Shown: one piece after another, positions 60,336 to 64,000 of the stretch
How positions within the stretch are numbered: position 1 is the stretch's first letter
How the letters are laid out: each line of letters opens with the position of its first letter
DNA from: Spizellomyces punctatus DAOM BR117
Taxonomy: Eukaryota
Length of the DNA: 64,000 bases
Assembly (NCBI GenBank): GCA_000182565.2
Contig: KQ257451.1
Strand: one strand, 5' to 3'
Notes under the pieces: generated by a model
Seen by the model: only the letters and a program-made list of their open reading frames with translations
Told to the model about the DNA's origin: nothing
Database searches by the model: none
Program-made: the position numbers and the translations under genes

Positions 60336-61788
60336 ATGAGGACTTTTAATGTCTACGATCATGGCAACATTCTTGCTCATCAATCTGCCAGTGATTCGGT
60401 CTCACATCCGCCAAGTAATGCCGTCCCGAACCTGTTCGTGCCTCCAGGTAAAAGCATAACGCTTTTACCTCCAATTGGAACTCCACCTAGCCCTTCCCAC
60501 CAAACCAGAGATGCGTCCATAGTGCAGCAACCCGAGGCACGCCCCGAATCCCTCAACCTTTCCCTTAGCAAACGGCAACCTCTTGACGTTACACTTCATC
60601 TCCCACAATCCGCGGTGGGAACGCAGGAGGTACAGTTACAAACGCTCTACGAACGCCTAGCCGAAAATGAGCGGTCTCAACGTGCCCTTGCTGTCGAGAC
60701 GGCAAGACTGCATGGGCAGCTGAACGAAAGCTTTCGCTTTCATGACGGCATTCTGAGGGATGAAGTTCAGATGCGCAGGTGAATGACCCAAACCGGAGCG
60801 CTTTGAGGAGAAACCAAAGATCTGATTGATTAAATTACGCAGAGTTCTAGAGGATCACTTTCAGTTCCTTCGCTCCATCGTTCGGCATCTCCAGGACCAA
60901 TTTTCCGTTATGTCTCAGCAACTGACCCTGGAACGCGAAGCTGCATTTCACAGTATCGAACTGACAAAAATCCGTGCAGAAGAGCATGAGCGTTTTGCTG
61001 AACTGATGCGCAAGCGAGGCGAAGAAGATGCCGAAAAGATCGCAATTTTAACCAATGAATTGATACTATCGAGGCGGGAGGTAGCGACGCTTCGCTCGGA
61101 TATGGACGCACGAATAACTATGGCTAATGAGGAAATGAAGCGCTGCTCTGCTGGGCTTGAGAGAGTCGATGGAGATGGCACTCAGTGTAAGCACGAAATC
61201 GAAGCCATAAAGATCAGTGTTGGCCAGATGGATGCCCGAATCACCAATTCCCTCCAAAGAGCCGATGCAAACCTCGCGCAGGCATCCAAATCCCTTCACG
61301 ATTACATTGCATCTACCCAATCCGCTGAAGAAGAACAACTAAAGAAAATGCGGGATGAGCTCTTGTCTCAATCTGCTCAGCAGGATCAATCCCACACGGC
61401 GGCTGAAGAATTGCGGCATCAAGAGCTCCGGGTGCAAATAGACCAACTCATGAAAACAGTTGGTGACCAACAGTCCACCATCGTAGGTCTGGAGCGTAAA
61501 CTTCAGGAACAATTGGAAGCCAAAGTGAACTATGTCGAGAGCTCCTTCCGAGATATCGTTATGCATCAGAAGACAGTTCACGAGCAGGAGAGCCGGGAAA
61601 TGTTGAAAGCAATACAAGCATTGCATTCTTTTGCCAGAGGGTCTAGAGAAGAAGAACGCAAAAATAGAGAAATGGTTAGGAAGGAGTTACTACAGGCGAA
61701 AATGGAGCTGCAAAGAGATGCTGAGGAAGCTCGACGAGACTTGGAAACGCAAATGAGAAGAATGACCAAACCGTTCATAGTGATTTGA
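60336..61788 (+). CDS. FAM81-like coiled-coil protein
   Basis: Two exons: LYERLAENERSQRALAVETARL..EVQMR|RVLEDHFQFLRSIVRHLQDQF.. and C-terminal LLQAKMEL..LETQMRRMTKP resemble FAM81A (LEDRILSHEKTTAAL..LEEHIRNITAIVKQL; LEAKMKL..QIQLMQKP) as recalled from memory. Confidence 0.6.
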
Positions 61789-62135
61789 CATTTACAACGG
61801 ATGTATTTAAGCAGAACAGAGTTGTCTGCCACATAAATGCTACTACATAATATTCACCACATCCGACATTGTCGGGAAGTATATTCCTTACCATTCAGCT
61901 GCTATGGCACCCAAGAGCCAGATAAATCCCCTACGCCTACACAGCCTTGATATATATACATAGACCGGTATCCCTAAAACTTTTCCCCTCAGCTCAGCTT
62001 ACTGCCACTAAGTTCCTTGTAGAGCTGGCCATGCCGTCGGTACTTATAGATGTGATCGGCTCAGTACTCGTTTCGATCGCCGAAGCGGGTCTTGAATGGC
62101 CGCTCACGTTGGTATTGTGGGTGGCTACCGAAAAC

Positions 62136-64000
62136 TTACGTTCCATTACAGCACAAAACTCTCTGCCCCAACAAAGCTGGAGAATGATATTCAAGCTTCA
62201 ATAAAGCTTCACTTAAAATATCAGCTGTCAGATGGAAACCTACCAATTCGTCGATATCGATCTTTGGCGGAGTCAGCTCGACAATGCTGGCGGTAACTGT
62301 TAATGGTGCGACTTCAGGTCCTCGGGGTCCCTCGGATGAATATTGTCTTTTTCTGAGAAAAGCTAATTCGTCAAGACTTCCCCTCTTACGAGTTGGCTTG
62401 GACGAGCTTTGTGCACCATTATCGCGCGGCTGCGAACCCAACATGGCTGCACTGGAGTGAGAATTGACGTTGTGAAGCTGTCTCTTTCTCCTGGCGTCAC
62501 GTTGAATCTGCGCTAAATGGCCCGTAGATGAAGCTCGCCGCTCCAGCCGATGGAGGGCCGAGCTCGTGACACTACTCGACACTGCGGAATATGAGGTCCC
62601 CGTTTCATCCGTTACCAGCATATCTTCTGTATTAGATTGCGGGTTTGAGCTCACGTCGTCGGCTGATGACTCCAGGCTATGTTGTTGCCCGTCTACTGGA
62701 CGCCCAAGGCCAATATACTCTTTGATATCGGGTGCGACACTATCCCCACCAACATCACCAATCCTCATTGCACTTGCCCCCATCGGCAGTCCTGAGCTAT
62801 CCGCTTCGATCGTATCTGCGATTCCCATGAAATGATTGATATCCAACGAAGTTAATCGGCGTTGTACGGGAGGCGACAGTGTTTTCATAAGTTTACTGGC
62901 ATTTACTTCGGAGCCGCTTCCTCGCTGTGGTTCTGAAAACGCGCGCGGCCGATTTTTGTGCTCAATGTCTTCATGCTTATCGTTTTCTCCTAACCCTAAT
63001 CGTGAGCTAGCTACAAGACTTCGCTCGAGCGAGGTCCGTGATTTCGCCGAAGCCTCCCGTCCCCGCTTCGGCCAAAATGTAGGCCGTTCCCCTGCCACGA
63101 ACTGGTCAATGTCAAGACTTGCTGGGTCAATAGCCATGGCACTTGCTTGGGGGTTGGTAGAGTGACGGGCCTCGATAGCATTATCGATTTCTATGAAACT
63201 AACACGATACGATCTGTCCAAGGCGTTCATGCTCCTTACCAACGCATGTGATGGTGCGGACTTCGCTTGTAGCGGGTGTGTACCTGCAATGGTTGTTCGA
63301 CCTTGTGGCGGAGAAGATGCCCCTATAGTCTCAAGCCCAGTAGACGCCGACGTGGCGTCGCCCGCCCCTAGCAGCATCTCGATATCTCTCTCTGTGTTTT
63401 CGTTTTCCGGAAGTATCTCCGTTGACTGCACAAGAGGGGTGCCGATATCGATGAACGCTCCAATGTCTTCCGCGGCACGGGTGTCATCTCTCAGGCAAAA
63501 AATCGGCGGTGTCTGCTCTCGCTTATGGCGCACGGAATCTGTAGTTAGCACTCTCTCCATACCGCCATCCAACACATTGGTGCGACTGCTGTCTCCGGCG
63601 ACACCCAGTGGATATTTCAGGCTACCAGTCGAGTGCCATACTGATTTCTTCTGCGTATCTGGAGACGTCATGTCCTGCCCCGCTAGCAATGGCAAGGAAT
63701 TGTTCAGTTTGTCTGCTGATTTTCGCTTGGGCATGAGTGGCTCCCCAATGAGGATCTTCGGAATAGGTGGGACTTGGTTCACCAGCAAATAATCATCTGC
63801 GTCAGTGAAAACACGGGGCAAACTTGCCAGAACGGACGCCGCTGGATTGGGATCCATCGACAAAACATCATCAATGTCCCTCGTTTCTTCTTCTGCAGGT
63901 GTAATAGTGGTGCTCGTAACAGGGGACTTCCGGTTAGGGGATACAGGAGAGGTTGCCGGCGAGTCTGGGCCATCCATTGGTGCAGTGCCGGTAATTCTTG
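62136..64000 (-). CDS. 3' part of a large low-complexity hypothetical protein (begins beyond right edge; terminal small exons may extend to about 61.9 kb)
   Basis: More than 610 codons open to the window edge, Ser/Pro/Asp-rich, no recognisable domain. Confidence 0.65.
   Translation of the reverse strand, partial: RITGTAPMDGPDSPATSPVSPNRKSPVTSTTITPAEEETRDIDDVLSMDPNPAASVLASLPRVFTDADDYLLVNQVPPIPKILIGEPLMPKRKSADKLNNSLPLLAGQDMTSPDTQKKSVWHSTGSLKYPLGVAGDSSRTNVLDGGMERVLTTDSVRHKREQTPPIFCLRDDTRAAEDIGAFIDIGTPLVQSTEILPENENTERDIEMLLGAGDATSASTGLETIGASSPPQGRTTIAGTHPLQAKSAPSHALVRSMNALDRSYRVSFIEIDNAIEARHSTNPQASAMAIDPASLDIDQFVAGERPTFWPKRGREASAKSRTSLERSLVASSRLGLGENDKHEDIEHKNRPRAFSEPQRGSGSEVNASKLMKTLSPPVQRRLTSLDINHFMGIADTIEADSSGLPMGASAMRIGDVGGDSVAPDIKEYIGLGRPVDGQQHSLESSADDVSSNPQSNTEDMLVTDETGTSYSAVSSSVTSSALHRLERRASSTGHLAQIQRDARRKRQLHNVNSHSSAAMLGSQPRDNGAQSSSKPTRKRGSLDELAFLRKRQYSSEGPRGPEVAPLTVTASIVELTPPKIDIDELVGFHLTADILSEALLKLEYHSPALLGQRVLCCNGT

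Noticed and set aside
1..64000. tRNA, rRNA, CRISPR arrays, transposons, U12-type introns, alternative genetic code
   Set aside because: None was recognised by eye. Apparent in-frame stops in the genes I reconstructed are explained by ordinary GT-AG introns. A tRNAscan/Rfam/RepeatMasker run would be needed to exclude them formally.

Overview
Eukaryotic, very gene-dense genomic DNA with many short (mostly about 50-100 nt) GT-AG introns. Fungal genes (Mbp1/Swi4-type KilA-N factor, Pho80-type cyclin, Csr1-type Sec14 protein) occur together with flagellar genes (CFAP418, SPATA4-type CH protein, centrin-like), which points to a zoosporic fungus, probably a chytrid (inference). About 29 protein-coding genes were rebuilt by splicing ORF fragments by eye, so boundaries are approximate and family calls rest on motifs recalled from memory, not database searches. 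Housekeeping genes: lysine methyltransferase, AGX1, VPS53, MLH1, UNC-50/GMH1, dihydroxyacetone kinase, Glo3-type ArfGAP, PRP24/SART3, NOL10/ENP2, RING-PHD protein. Most notable: (1) a plant-Lsi2-like anion/metalloid permease head-to-head, about 100-185 bp apart, with a stand-alone SPX-domain gene, possibly a two-gene analogue of the fused SPX-permeases; (2) an intron-rich GAF-GAF-PAS-class IIIb adenylyl cyclase-TPR gene with the architecture of cyanobacterial CyaB1; (3) a REC114-like meiotic gene; (4) an ankyrin-less SBF-like KilA-N protein; (5) a BtuF-like substrate-binding protein without a signal peptide; (6) a FAM81-like protein; (7) an RTCACGTG element recurring in short promoters. No rRNA, tRNA, transposon or CRISPR feature could be supported.
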